In this document: one piece after another, positions 1 through 14,041 of the stretch
How the letters are laid out: the number at the start of each line of letters is the position of its first letter
How positions within the stretch are numbered: position 1 is the stretch's first letter
Assembly (NCBI GenBank): GCA_002633005.1
Contig: NMRA01000682.1
Coordinates: forward strand, 94,543 to 158,542
Direction: 5' to 3'
Origin: Phoronis australis
Lineage: Eukaryota; Animalia; Phoronida
Length of the DNA stretch: 64,000 bases
Position numbers and translations under genes: made by a program
Notes under the pieces: model-generated
Told to the model about the DNA's origin: nothing
Seen by the model: the letters and a program-made list of their open reading frames with translations, nothing else
The model's database searches: none

Positions 1-233
1 AACAGCTTATTATTTAAAATGACTTATTCTTATTAAAATGACATAGGCAAAAAATTGAATTTCGGACCTCAAAAGCGAGGCCCCCTATATTAATATAGGG
101 GGCCCCGCTCTCCGGCCTCCTTTCGGCGGGGCCCCCTATATTAATATAGGGGGCCTCGCTTTTGAGGTCCGAAATTCAATTTTTTGCCTATGTCATTTTA
201 ATAAGAATAAGTCATTTTAAATAATAAGCTGTT
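1..233. repeat. Perfect inverted repeat (108-bp arms, 17-nt spacer); each arm contains a 26-bp palindrome
   Basis: 1-108 is the exact reverse complement of 126-233. GGCCCCCTATATTAATATAGGGGGCC occurs at 79-104 and 130-155. Truncated by the window edge. Confidence 0.95.
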
Positions 234-1336
234 TTACGCATATGTTCAACCAGTCATTAACTCTGATTCAGGATCAGAATTTGTGAGCAGCCATAGATAC
301 GATACGAGAACTACATCAATACGGTTTCAACGTACCTGTAGAGCCACGGCCAAAAATGCGAGTGTTAACGACTTCATCTGCAAGACATAATAGAAAAGCT
401 ATGTACAAACACAGGCACAACAAGCATTTGGCAAATAATTGCAAGAATAACTTGTCGTAAGTTCCGCAAAGACGTTTGTTAGTAAGCTTTAAAAATGCGA
501 AACAAATACTCTGAAACCAAATATCACTCCGTTTTGTAACTTACTGTAACATTTAATGTCCATTGTCTTCACTAAGCAGTTTCGCCAGGACTACATGTTG
601 AGATATAGTATTGTTCAAAACATCCAGAAAAATAACCATTAAACGGCAAAAGTTGATGTTGACTGCGTCCTTCCTCAGTCTGACCCTGTGACGTCGTGGG
701 GTCAAGATGATGTCATAAACACGGGAAAGTAAATGCGCCATCGTCTCCATTCATGACATTGGATTCTTTTGCAATGCATGTGGATTCCCTTATTATTCTG
801 TTTCTAGTGTCACTTTCACTGTAAGTTTTTTTTCATATCCCAGCCAATCACATGATTGATTTTCTTGCATGATTGGTACTGTAATAGCTGATTTGTTAAA
901 TTCACTGAGACAGGCTTTAATGTCCGATCTAGTGAAAGCTCTATAACTGGTCATATCCTCAACGTTTCTATGATGTTCAGCCAATCTATGACCAAACTCT
1001 AACAGTTTCACCAGATGAAAAATGGAGATTGTCTTTCAGTTTTCAGTATTTCCACAAAAACGAAAAATCCGTCAGTCAATTTTCGATTTTGAGAACAATT
1101 GTATAAATGCAAAATTGAAATATCGAAATTTGGCTTGATTTTCTAAATTTTCAAATTCGATTTAAACGAGCAATCGATTTGGCTTCTTCAATTGCAAAAC
1201 CAACTACAGTGTAGTTTTGCTTTTTTTCTTTATTAACACTCACATGGAAGTTGACATTCCAGTCCTCCAGATCTACATGTATGACACAATAAGTCTTTTG
1301 TGATGCCTTAATACTTCACAGAATTGTTAAATTACC

Positions 1337-2420
1337 TTTTTTCCTTTATTTATTTGCACACATGGCCATCGGTCCAAAGTAAAAAAAACAAACAAGATCA
1401 TTGGAGTGCTATGCACACTAGTCAGAAATACACAAGCTGTTCCGTTTTTTAGATGCGTAGTATATATATTCACAATTGAGGTATCGGGATAACATAACAG
1501 TCTATAAAATTTAAACAAAGAGGGACTTGTCCAGAGGCTCTCACTTAGAAACTTAGCTCTGATTTCGGAAAAAGCGTCGCAAACTAACAAAAAGTGATAT
1601 TCGTCCTCGACACAATTCCTCGAGCATAATGCACTTACTATGTTTAGATATATCACATTTACGTGACGACCATTTTCTACAGCCAGCCTCGAAAACGTGC
1701 AAAACTTTGCACGAACACTCTTAAAAGATTATCAATTTCTAAATAGTTTTTATTTTCAAACACAACCTAAAATTGTTGTTATACTTTAACTGGGAATTGG
1801 AACCAACATCGGACTGCCACCTTTGCAAAGCACAGTCCTTAACACGTTGTGAGAAAATATTTACAAACGACTCTTGACATTTGACTCCTTGGTTTACCCA
1901 AATATCATAGAAACCATACATTGAGACTAAATTGCGGATTGAGCTTGTCCAGTTATACACTTGTCTGCCATTTTCATCTAGTCTATACAACATGTTGTAA
2001 GCTACCCTTGGATAACGTTCCTTTGGCATATCCAAAATTTTAAACCAGTATTTAATATAGCCAACAAAGTATCTCGTAAACATAGGGTATCTGCCACATT
2101 CACCAACACCGCAGCGTGAGAGCAAGAACCGTCTAGTCCCAAGGTCCATTTGCAAAATTTTAAATGATTTTTTTCTAAAAACTCGTATTCTTTAAAACCC
2201 CAAATCTCGGCACCATAGCACAATGTTGGATACACCAGTTTATCAAATTAACTGAAAGGCAAGTGATGGGGGGATATCGTGACATCTGCTGTAGTTTCAA
2301 AACACGTGATGCAGCTTTATTTGTTTGCCAAGAGGGAATTTTTGCCGCTTTCAAGCATGACAATTTACGTGTGACACAAACACCAAGATATTTATAATGA
2401 GATACAGCAACAACTTGCTA
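1337..2420 (-). mobile_element. 5'-truncated, frameshifted non-LTR retrotransposon (post-RT C-terminal region with Cys/His zinc motif)
   Basis: Fragments LCYGAEIWGF..LEKNHLKFCKWTLG, GECGRYPM..IKYWFKIL and CSRNCVEDEYHFLLVC; ends in AATAAA plus a short A tract. Confidence 0.8.
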
Positions 2421-3174
2421 TTTGTTAAAAATTGTTAAATTCTCAACATATAGACCGAAATCACATATGTACATGGCAAACTACCACGCTAATGATGATT
2501 TGCAAAAATACATGTAAACCATATGGGAAAGAGCGCTCTTTCAGACATCCTCGATACTCGACTAGAAGCCGACGCGTCGAATGTCATTATCTAAAGACAT
2601 CGCTGTCTTGCCTCTAGTGACACAAGCATAAAACTTTACATAAAAAACATAACTTTTACGTTAGAAAATGTAGTCGCATAAGAGATCTTCCAATACTCCG
2701 GTTACGTAAGAGACCAAAAGTAACCCTGACGTTTTAAAATACACCTACAAAAGTGTAGTGATTTGAAATTGTGATTAACAAACACAAGTAACTACGGTTA
2801 GTCTAAACACTGCTTAGCGAATAAAGACCTCTCAAAAATCAAGCTCCGTCTGGAATATGTTAAGCCGGTTGCACTTCGTTCATTTAGATTCTGGTACATC
2901 TACCATTAGATACAGATTAACTCAACAGTATTTACCTTTTAGGTTGTATCAGCAATCAAGCAAACTCAAATGCTCATGAAAAATTATTTATTTCGTTTTA
3001 TATAGTTTGATGACAATGGTACCAAAGGAAATTGTAGTGGTTTTAACAACCTGTCGAGCTACGAGATCCGGCTGGACAGACAACAAAAGCATATGAAAAG
3101 CACTCGTTGCTTGAGCTTTTCACAGTTTTCATGGAATGTAATATGACCAACATGCATGTGATTTGTGTGCCTAG

Positions 3175-3482
3175 TGAAAAGGACTTAGATAAAACATAAC
3201 CCCGCCCTTTTCTACCCCATGTTTAGTGATGAAGTGTCTGGCCCTAATTCTTTGTTGGTCGGCGTTGTTTTCATAAGCGCAACGATTGCTAGGAAAATGA
3301 TTGATGTTTGCAGACTCCCCAGCAACACGATTGTAAGGTAAGTTGTGTTTGGGTGTGGTAATCACGACGACCAAAAAGGCAAGTACAATAAAATCCGGTT
3401 ATAGGTTTGACTATCACTTGCAGCTTTGTACTATTGAAGAATGGAAAGGGTGCGTAAGGGAAGATCAAATTTCATTGATTAG
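3175..3482. repeat. Dispersed repeat, second copy at ~53300-53605 (same orientation)
   Basis: Shared ggactta..agataaaa..ccccgccc, ttgctaggaaaatg and ctatcacttg..aaatttcattgatta. Confidence 0.8.
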
Positions 3483-4059
3483 AAAGTAAATGCATAACAT
3501 TTTAATATTCTGTATTATAAAAACACGCATAAGCTTTTCTGTCGACAAATGGGTTATTTTCAAGTATTTTTCTTGTTGACAAATGATTTTACGAAGCTTA
3601 TCCCAACAAAAAACAAAATTGCTTTGGCAACTAGAAGAAGGCTTTATGGTCGTTGGAGATTCATCCGGGACTTTTAAAATTACTAAAGATTTGATTGATT
3701 AAGAATCTCTGGTTTAATCCAAAACTATAATAAATAATAAAACAAAACATTTTTAACAATGGTATAGAAAGAACACAACGTAGATTTATGATCTTTAATT
3801 CCGATGCAGAACTTGTGACTGACGTATATTTATGATTTCTTTAATTCCGATGATGAACCTGTGTCTGATGATCACTTTTGCTCATTTTATGTTTTTTCTC
3901 CTCCGTTCACTGTTTTCCTGGGTGTGTGTAATGTTGTGCGAGGTGCCATTCTTGTTTCGATGCGTTTCAAGTTATTCTTCCTCTTCGTTCTGATTTTGCT
4001 TTAACTGTTGTTAATTGCCATAATGTAAGCAAAATTTTATAATCGTTTCATCATGTCTT

Positions 4060-4560
4060 TGTATAAAATGGGAATGTTGTTTAAATGTTGGGGTAAATGT
4101 CATATATTGGCTGTTAATTTTGCTAAAAGACAAAAGCGAGGTGGTTTCAAAAAGATTATTTTACAGACTTATTAGAACTAATAATTTGTGTTACAATTAA
4201 TTTGTGTAACTAATTTATGTTTGTGTACTTTTTGTAGCAGTGAGTGTGAAAATCTTGTTCACTTGTATTGGTCTTGTACAATGGTTCAACATTTTTCGAT
4301 GGCTGTAAAAAACTTAATCGTATTGAAAACTGGTGGATTTCTTGAACTGAAATCACATGAGGTATTGTGTGGCAGGCATAGTGCAGAACATGGTATTAAA
4401 TTGATCATATGTTTGGTCAAATGTCATGCTTATAAAGCGAGATTAATAGTTTTCCGTGTTTGCAGCCACTCAAAAAAATTCTCTTGATATCACAAGCTTG
4501 AAAAGGTAATTGTCTGTAAGTAATAATTGTGGATATGAACTATTCGTTGAAAGGTAAGCC
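4060..4560 (+). mobile_element. Decayed L1/Tx1-like LINE 3' fragment (zf-RVT region)
   Basis: LCTFCSSECENLVHLYWSC motif; followed by a (TG)n tract at 4614-4665. Confidence 0.7.
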
Positions 4561-4724
4561 TTTATGATTCATCTTCTTGTGTAATTTTCGTCTGATTCCG
4601 GCTGTGGCTCTGATGTGTGTGTATGCGTGTGTGTATGTGTGTGTATGGGTGCGTGTATGTATGTGCTACTTTTTGTATTATTAAATATTCTGTTAATTTT
4701 AATTATTATTAGTATCTGTAAAAA

Positions 4725-4915
4725 ATGCATACCGCCTTAAACCGGAAACAGTCTGATTTTAAATGATTGTTCATCCTCCTAAAGTTGTCAGCAGCTACTT
4801 TTGTTCTTTAGATAATGTGTTTATCCATTTCAATCTAAGCCATTCCTGATTAAATTTCGAAAATGTTCAAACGAGCTCCCGAGATAGTATATTATTTCTG
4901 AAAACCCGTATATGG
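4725..4915. repeat. Dispersed repeat, second copy at ~53640-53845
   Basis: Shared cgcct.aaacc.gaaa..., cattcctg.t.aaatttcg, agtatatt.tt.gaaaa.ccgtat. Confidence 0.65.
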
Positions 4916-5433
4916 ACGTAAGGGCGTTCTTTCAGAAACAAGATTCTTAATGCTAGTCATAAACGAACGCCATATACAAGATATTAGATAATACTGCACG
5001 TTGATAGCATACTTTGTCACTGCATCCACACAAACATACATGTAGTACTTGGCATGAACAACGACATTTTAACCAATATGGAGTCTTGATTCCCCGTCGC
5101 CTCAAACGATAAAGCTTTAACTCAGGTTCAAATCATTGAGAAAAAAATGCACGATAGATTTTTAAATGCGACTTGTTGAACAGTTTTTTGTTTTCATTTG
5201 TTTTCTTATTGTTGCCATCAGCAGTCTTGTTTGTGAACTGTGTGCATATTGGGGAGTTATAAGCGTCTCAGCTGTGATCGGACTCACCGTTATGCCCAGT
5301 GATATTTATTGTAGTACATACGTGTACATGTACCAAGTGCACACCCTCTCGCAGGTTTCTATTTCCTTAACAAATTAAATGCAATTAAAGCACCCTGCCA
5401 TTCAGCCAGTAGATCTTACCGCCGTCAGTAAAA

Positions 5434-5570
5434 CGTTAAATGGTCTCGTAAGTGAGGTTTAAGAACAAGCGATATGTTCGTTAAATGGTCTCGTAAGTGA
5501 TTTTTAAGAACAAGTCATAAGTTCGTTAAATGCTATCGTAAGTGAGGTTTAAGGACAAGTCATATGTTCC
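5434..5570. repeat. 45-bp tandem repeat, 3 copies
   Basis: Unit cgttaaatggtctcgtaagtgaggtttaagaacaag(c/t)catatgtt. Confidence 0.9.
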
Positions 5571-7977
5571 GTTTTCGACACCGAGATTTTGTTCTTGAGT
5601 TGTTTATGAATAAATATGATTGTGTACAATGAAACCGGTATCCGAAAAAGACGCATAAAAATTAAAATATCTGCGAGCAATAGCTCCATCATCATTGGTA
5701 TCCCTTCTGAAATTTGTCATGTGGACAGATCCGATTAAGAGATAAACAAGTATGTATGATTTGGTTTTCTCTAAACCCTACTGTCTGCATAGCCACCTGT
5801 CTAGGATCCGGGTTCCAGAGGTCAATTTCGCTGGTTATACTTTGTATCTGACCTGTAAGGTGCAACAGAGCGATGTGATTAACCTTTTTGTCATTGAAAA
5901 TCACTTATTTTGAGGAATGCATCATTAAAAGCCGTACTGGTGGAACGGGAGCAGCTACTATAATATTGATAAGACATATATTCTTTTGCATCCTGATCTT
6001 ACATACATGTTACCTAAACAAAATAAGTTATATTTCGTTTTAATTTACAGTGTACTCGCTTCTGGGAATTGGTCTAATTCACCGTTTGAGTAGGAAGAGT
6101 TACACGAGAATTGCCTTAAAAGTTTGTCTTGACATTTTTGAGTCACTCGTAAGAATTGGCTTCTCAAAATATACATATATATCGATGACGGCGAGCGGAG
6201 GTCGTCAACAACTTGGTCTCGTGACGGCGAGCGCAAGTCGTCAACAACTTGACCTCGTTTCGCATGCTATGAACATTCCCACTAAATAAAATTGGTTCTA
6301 ACCCCGGTGTTTAAGATAACAGGCGGGGTATGGAAAATTGAACTAGACCGTATTTATCCACCTTGGCTGAGACGCGCTCGGCTCATGCTCAAAGGGATGC
6401 CGCCAAGCTGCTCTATTCATCGAGTCACGAGCGAGGATAATTGACTTCGCTCATGCGGATATGATCAGCTGATTACAGTCTAGCCTAACAACTGTACTTT
6501 TTATGGAGAGAATTTTACGTAGTTTTTACTGTNTTGTTTTAGTGGATGTGTTCACGACATGGTACAGAAATTTTCATTTTCCCTCACCAGTGCACAATTT
6601 TATCATTTACAATAGCAGACCTGCTTTAAAACATGGATGCATATTTTGTATGAGTGTTTGCGCGCGCGCGTGTGTGTGTGCGTGTGAGTGTGTGCGTGCT
6701 CAATGTTTACTGAATTTCTTTCCTTGGCGGCACCTTTTGCATTTATCATACTATTATTTAGGCCTAAATGATTTAATCTGCCGGTTTGTGACTTAATAAG
6801 TTTTGGTGGCCCAATTGGTTTCATGTAAGCCACCACATTGTAATTAAGACGGAGACCGAGGTTTTCCGTATTTTGAAGTTAGAATTGGCCATTTGAGTGT
6901 ATATATATAAAACGTACCGAGAGTGGCGTACATGAAGTAATATTCCTCGAGACGTTATTCCGCGTATCGACCGAGACCGAATTATCCCATGCGCTTCGAA
7001 TCCCTAAGTTTCTTACATTTTTTCGGCAGATTTTTCAAATACTTCACCTAGACTCTTCATAATGCGGATCACATCCTATATGTATGTACTTGCGTGTTAG
7101 GTTTCAAATTTTTCTTGTAAAAGAAACAGTTATAGAAGTAACGATTTATTCATTAAAATAGGTAGAAAAGATGAAAACAACGGCAGCTGTGCAGTGAACT
7201 TGTAACATCTCCTGGAAATAGTTAAAAAACAACAATGTTTGATATTTTATTTTCCTAGGAATCGGCGTCTGATTTGCAGACGATATAGTATTCAGCAATT
7301 GAAAACTGAGACATAAGTGTTTTATAATTAACAGTTCTGTTCCAGATTTTACGTTTAGGGCCTGGTTTCATGTCGAGTATTAGTTACACTGCTGCAACTG
7401 TAGTGCTTTGAACTATATTCGGAAAGTTTGATGATCGAACCGGCTGAAAACGTCGAGTCGACATTGACCTACCTTTTGAACTTTCCATGTCAGGGGTCGC
7501 TGTTGAAGTAGTGCGGGAGGTGAATACGGAAAACTTTATTACATGGCCGTATTTCCCTCGACAAATTCAACGCGCATGGGATTAAGTACAATTTTAATTG
7601 CTATTCGCTCATGTTGTTTAAATGTTGCTTTAATTTAGTTTAATTTAATTGGTCAGTGACAGCTGGGCCGTGATCTCGTGTTGTAATTACACTACGGGTA
7701 ACATTTCTCATGAAATTTGCGCGCTATATGCAACTCATCAAACGCTCGAGGTCTCTTGTTCTTGGTCGATATCGGACAATCAGTGATGTTGTCTAGAGGG
7801 GGATGTTCCTGTATTTTATTCATCTATTCGTTGCACAATCACAGAGGCCAATGATACGTAGATCAAAGAAAAATGTTGCTCTTGTATTATTTGTTGCGTG
7901 GACATTTCATTCTACATAGGTATGGAATAGACAAAATTAAGCTTGTCTCGTTTGAAGGGCCTCTTTGTACTCGCATA

Positions 7978-8161
7978 CATGTAGGTGTGGTAGGGATCCT
8001 GATCACAGTTCAGCTGGTATATGACCCCACATTGTTTAGCCATCGGGGTTGGGTGTTATTTAGGTACGAGGGGGTTTGGGGACCTAATGGTTATGAGCAT
8101 GCTTCATACCTGCAGGATTGTGAATTTGCCCAACATTGTGTCGAACATTAACTAGCTGTCA
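7978..8161 (-). mobile_element. Penelope-like (GIY-YIG) fragment, paralog of 17927-18124
   Basis: Near-identical to the 18 kb copy; encodes VGSYTS/VIYQL.CDQDP-type GIY-YIG start. Confidence 0.7.
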
Positions 8162-8295
8162 TGGACCGCCAACTCCGTATACTTTCAATGGACGAAATCT
8201 GTGAGCTTGCGCACAAGCCCTTACGTCATTATTCACTGGCGACACCTGGCTAAATTATCTGGTGTAATTTCCGGCAAGTACGTCGTCTGCTAATC

Positions 8296-8490
8296 ATGGT
8301 CGGCTGCTGTGTGGCCGGTTGTTCGGCTACGCAGGCGAAATGCAGAGGCGTTAGCTTCCATAGTGTACGGAGACCCCAAAATCCGCTGTGGGAGAAAAAG
8401 TTATGTTCTCGCGTCGACGTGAATGGAAGTTGTACTTCCAAAAAAACTTGTACATTTGTTCAAGTCACTTCGAAGATGGGTGTTTTTAGG
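8296..8490 (+). mobile_element. Frameshifted THAP zinc-finger relic (DNA transposon derived)
   Basis: MVGCCVAGCSATQAKCRGVSFH..P..W, then in a shifted frame YICSSHFEDGCF (C2CH THAP signature). Confidence 0.8.
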
Positions 8491-10063
8491 AGGCTCTGGT
8501 AGGCCTACAACTTAATCCTGTCTTCACAAATCCATTTTTCTTTTCTCCGTTTTGATGAAAACTATCTGGTAAACTTTTTGACGAAAAATGTCCGCTAAAT
8601 TTCTTCCAATGGTAGTGACTGGTGAACTCTTGTCCTTACGAGGACCTTCAGCCATATTCTAGTGAGCGAATTAACCAAATTACTCGTGGCCCTGATCAGA
8701 CGGTTGGTCCCAACATAATGCGCACATTTGGCCAGGATTTGGATCAGCGATTTCAACAAATTCACATTCGTGTACAAATAAATAGGACGCTAGTAAAACC
8801 TTTAACATCAATAAAGATTACATAAATACTTCAGAAATAAATACCTGGACCTGTCAAAATCTATCCCGCAATTCAACAGCAGGTTACATACTCAATTATT
8901 TATGTCGACTGTATGCCGCACAAAACTTGAACCATCTTAGCCCAGTACGCTGCAGTCTATGAAAATACCGACAACTAACCCGAGTTTTAACTTCTTTGCA
9001 AACATGGAACAGAGATATCAAAGGGGTATGAAGATTGTTTTTATGCTTCAATGTTACATTTTTGCAAGCAGACAAATGTTTTTTTTAAATCTACCCTAAT
9101 TCCTACTATTTCAAAAGTATTTTCAACCTTACGCCTTTCAAATCAACATTTATGACAAAAACATAATTCTTCAACCGGTTTTGTAAAGTCCTACACCACC
9201 TCTACATAATATGAACCAATCTTAATCCTAATGTAACAAAAAGGTCCCGTGCGTAACGGATACTAAGTATGGTCCTTCTGAAGTATTGGATAGGTTCTGC
9301 TAACGCAACCTCGCGGAAAGTCACACAAGAACTCGTGACATGTACCATCGCCTTACAAGTGAGCAATAACGAATTGTCAGTTATGTCGAACTTTACTCCA
9401 ATTTGACATTGATATTGCATTTAAAAAAGTAAGAGGTCTAATCAAGAGAAAAATACCTTTGTGACGGAAGGCGAATTTAGTCATGTAGCCGATTCAATTT
9501 TAAACACATTCATTTGAGAAAAATACTGAAACCACCACCTTCCATTTGAAAAATCGCCATTGTCAAACAACTGCAAACACATATAAAATCGTTTCATATG
9601 CTGTTTGGAAAAGATGCCTTTAACATAATTCAAATTCAAATTATCTTTAAGCACATAAATGTATTTACTTGATTTTTTGATGGAAACATGGATTCAAGAT
9701 CCTCGTTCCAGTTCGCCATCTCAGATTCTTCCTGGAAAAAAGTCGCTTAAAAATTTCACTGTTCAAATGCAACCGTAAAGTCATTATATTATTTCCCCGT
9801 GAAATTTGCAAAAGCTATGTAACCTCATTCACTGTCCAGAATAACGAAAAACCTCGGAAGCAAGGGAAATGAATCCTAAGAGGTAGCAAGCAAGATAAAG
9901 GGGGTGAAGCTGACGTGTGCCAATTTTCAATTTCATACTTTTATGTGGCATTTTCATAATTTTGATTTGAGATGTCAACTCAGATCAAACGGTTTGAAAG
10001 TTCGGATTTTTAATTTGTAATGAACTTGAGTTGCACTGCACGTGACCTTTTATGAATTTACCG

Positions 10064-13000
10064 TAGTTGGCTACAGACAGGCCCACCTTTAGTCGGTGGG
10101 CCAGATCTCATAGCGTTCATCCATGTGAGTACTTTGGGGGGGCAACCTAGTTTTTTCTATGTGGCTAGATAACATACCCATAAATCAAATTCCAAAAAGT
10201 TCCCACGTCTACACTTGCACATTTTTTTAAAAAAAGGTGTTTTTGTTGCACAAAATATTATGCACATTCCTGCCACTTGATGGCGCGTTTCTATTAAATT
10301 GACCAATCAGAGAGCCAGATTGTATTGTTGTGCTTAGTTACTTCAATATGGCTGCTTCCACGGAGTGTGATGCCTGTATAATTCAAGGTTTATCAAACAG
10401 CACAAAATTGTGATGTCAGAGCGTAAAGAAGCTTAGGAAAGCTTCCTGACGAAAGCTGATTGACTGTGGAACTCTGTAGATCAGTAGATGAAAAAGAAGA
10501 AGAGGTGTCACAAACGTTTGTGCAGAAAACATCTGCATGTCCTGGTAGCCTACACAGTATACTGGCTGCTGAGTGCCGTAGACTAGAAGACCAAGTGTCA
10601 GACCAAACAATTGAAAGGACATAGAACGGCATAGCAACGTTTAAAGGCACCAACAGTAGTACTAAAGCTGAAGTTGCTGAAAGTGATACAGATGTTATCC
10701 AAGATTTCCCAAGAAAATCAATTACTTCCAAAATCTGAAAGACCCAATTAATCTGAACAAGATAGGAACATTCTGAAACATGAGTGCATCATTTGTTAGC
10801 AGGAAAAGTACATTATGGGCCACATTTCAAGAAAGAGAAAGAAGTATAGCTTTCAAAAACAGGTACTTGTTTTTTTATAATACATCTTGCTGTGTTCCAT
10901 GTGTGTTTCAGTATTATCACCAGTTGTTTTTTTAACTTGTTCAGCCCCCTTGGCTGCCTAGGCCTTAGACAATACTGCTGACCCAGTAGAGACGATGATC
11001 ATACCATAGGTACTTCATATGCCGGATACTTTTCAGCAAATTATGTTCCTATAAGTTTAGAAGTACCGCGTAGAGAGATGCCTCTGAGGAGGTCGTTAAT
11101 GTTTTCATTTGTTCCCAGTTTAAACAAATACTCCTGCAATCCTGTTTTTCGAACACTCCATTCAGTTGCCTCATCGACACTGCTTGCGCTAAGGGATAAT
11201 CCTATGGCGTTATACTGTGGGTGTGATTTTAAAGCACTTTAAGTCAAAAATTTTTGAGAAGGTTAAATGGAGTAGATGGTTGCAAATAACATGCCCAAGT
11301 GGCCGTCATCCCCTGCTGTAGTCTCAATTTTTTGTAAACATAGGTAAACTTAGGTAGCTGCAATGATAATTAAATTAAAGTGCCTAAGTGGCCATCGTCG
11401 CCGTCGAAATTTGAGGACGATGGAAGCCACTGTCCATTTCATCAAACGTCGATTGCCTTAAGTGTAAATCGATTGACTATGGTTTGAGCATCTGATTTAG
11501 AAAAATTAAATTTCAATTACTGCACTGGTATATCAGCTGATTTATTTTCAGTTGCATCAACTGATCTAATTATTAGACGATCAACATTATTAGGCTACAG
11601 ATCAGACGGCATGTAAATTTGTTAGGCTGGTGGTGGATCAGTTCCTGATAAGTCTGTCTGAAAAAGTTGCATGCCAACTCACTCATAGTTGAATGTTAAA
11701 TTAGTGTTAACAGTTTGGATTTTTTTCAGTTGGACTTGTATGGCAAGCAACAGCTCAGTCCAGAGCTCTGAATATGCAAATGAAATTCAAAGATAAAGAC
11801 CTTCTGTCTTAGAAGCCAAGTACCACAGATCATCATGCTATAAAAAATAGAAAGACAACAATTGTGAAGAGTGAGGAATCCACAGTTTTCAGAGATATTT
11901 TCTACAGTTTTGTTTGGAGTTCATTGAATCAAAGAGATGTAATTTGCCTTTCAAAACTAAAGCAAGACTTTGAAGCTGTTCTTCAGAAAGCTGGTGTGCA
12001 TGAAGTTATTTGGACAGGCAATCTTAAGAAATATTGCTACTCACTGTTGTAGTTTGTGCCCGACCAAGAGATACGAAAGTGAATTGAGGCTAGTGGTCAA
12101 TAATTCACTTGCTGATTCTAATTAACACAGCCCATTATAACATATTTTGAATGAAACGTTTGCCCAAATAGTGCCCGCCTCCAAACAAGGACTTAGTGTT
12201 TGACCCTTCATTGCCTGCGAGCTAATCACCAGTATGTAGTGCTGTACCCTCTCTAATCGACCATAGTTGGTTCCTTGGCGGTGGAGCTTTGCAGTTAATA
12301 TGTATGGCCATGACCGCATTTCCATTGACAGTACGAAACGTTGAACGCTGCAAGTGCAAAAAGAACATGTGTGCTGGGAAACTGAGTTTGTGCTGCAATG
12401 CTGGGTCAAACTGTACAGAAATGTGCAGCTGTGACAACTGTAGTAACATCAGCAACATTGAATGCAAAACATTGGATAGTTATTTGACAAGTCAACCCTA
12501 AATAGACCTCCAACCCCGTTATTTCCTTTTTGTATTAAAAAGTTAATTTTATTTGTTGATTAAGTCATAGAAAGTACATACTTTGATCATTGTCATGTAT
12601 TTGTCTCATACTGCTTGATAAACGCTGTCAGAATAATTTATTATTTTCATACAGTCTTTGTGCACATTCACAGAGATCATTCAACTACCGGTATATTGTT
12701 TTTGTACTATAACGTATTTCTGGTGCATTATGCAAACAAGCTGTATTTTACACCATTAGTCAATGTTTTAGTCATTGAGGCACAAATTTTGCGCAGTCTC
12801 AAGTGTTTTGTGTTATTTTTGTTGCCTGACAATGCCAGAATAACTTCTTGTAACATTCAGACTTAGTTTGCATTTTTGCCACTAGGTGTCTCTTTACGTT
12901 TTTTAAATTTCACTGTTTACAATTAATTTACAATAGTAAAACGTGTAATGTGAGTGTAATATTGTTCAATACAATGGCACTGATGGGACCATATTACTTG

Positions 13001-13079
13001 TTTTACAAAAAAGTCACCAAAACTGTTGTTTTTACAAATATAAGTTTACTAAGCTCTTTGGTGATTATTATGTAACTTC
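10064..13079 (+). mobile_element. Internally deleted, decayed Academ-like DNA transposon
   Basis: ATG at 10348; relics CIIC.QEK (~10785), LEAKYHR.SCY (~11810), PPNKD..LHCLRANHQ (~12175-12232) and a C-terminal Cys-rich finger CKCKKNMC..CCNAGSNCTEMCSCDNCSN. Left boundary is a guess; right end is lost in the gap. Confidence 0.6.
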
Positions 13080-14041
13080 NNNNNNNNNNNNNNNNNNNNN
13101 NNNNNNNNNNNNNNNNNNNNNNNNNNNNNNNNNNNNNNNNNNNNNNNNNNNNNNNNNNNNNNNNNNNNNNNNNNNNNNNNNNNNNNNNNNNNNNNNNNNN
13201 NNNNNNNNNNNNNNNNNNNNNNNNNNNNNNNNNNNNNNNNNNNNNNNNNNNNNNNNNNNNNNNNNNNNNNNNNNNNNNNNNNNNNNNNNNNNNNNNNNNN
13301 NNNNNNNNNNNNNNNNNNNNNNNNNNNNNNNNNNNNNNNNNNNNNNNNNNNNNNNNNNNNNNNNNNNNNNNNNNNNNNNNNNNNNNNNNNNNNNNNNNNN
13401 NNNNNNNNNNNNNNNNNNNNNNNNNNNNNNNNNNNNNNNNNNNNNNNNNNNNNNNNNNNNNNNNNNNNNNNNNNNNNNNNNNNNNNNNNNNNNNNNNNNN
13501 NNNNNNNNNNNNNNNNNNNNNNNNNNNNNNNNNNNNNNNNNNNNNNNNNNNNNNNNNNNNNNNNNNNNNNNNNNNNNNNNNNNNNNNNNNNNNNNNNNNN
13601 NNNNNNNNNNNNNNNNNNNNNNNNNNNNNNNNNNNNNNNNNNNNNNNNNNNNNNNNNNNNNNNNNNNNNNNNNNNNNNNNNNNNNNNNNNNNNNNNNNNN
13701 NNNNNNNNNNNNNNNNNNNNNNNNNNNNNNNNNNNNNNNNNNNNNNNNNNNNNNNNNNNNNNNNNNNNNNNNNNNNNNNNNNNNNNNNNNNNNNNNNNNN
13801 NNNNNNNNNNNNNNNNNNNNNNNNNNNNNNNNNNNNNNNNNNNNNNNNNNNNNNNNNNNNNNNNNNNNNNNNNNNNNNNNNNNNNNNNNNNNNNNNNNNN
13901 NNNNNNNNNNNNNNNNNNNNNNNNNNNNNNNNNNNNNNNNNNNNNNNNNNNNNNNNNNNNNNNNNNNNNNNNNNNNNNNNNNNNNNNNNNNNNNNNNNNN
14001 NNNNNNNNNNNNNNNNNNNNNNNNNNNNNNNNNNNNNNNNN
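13080..14041. other. Assembly gap (962 N)
   Basis: Run of N. Confidence 1.
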
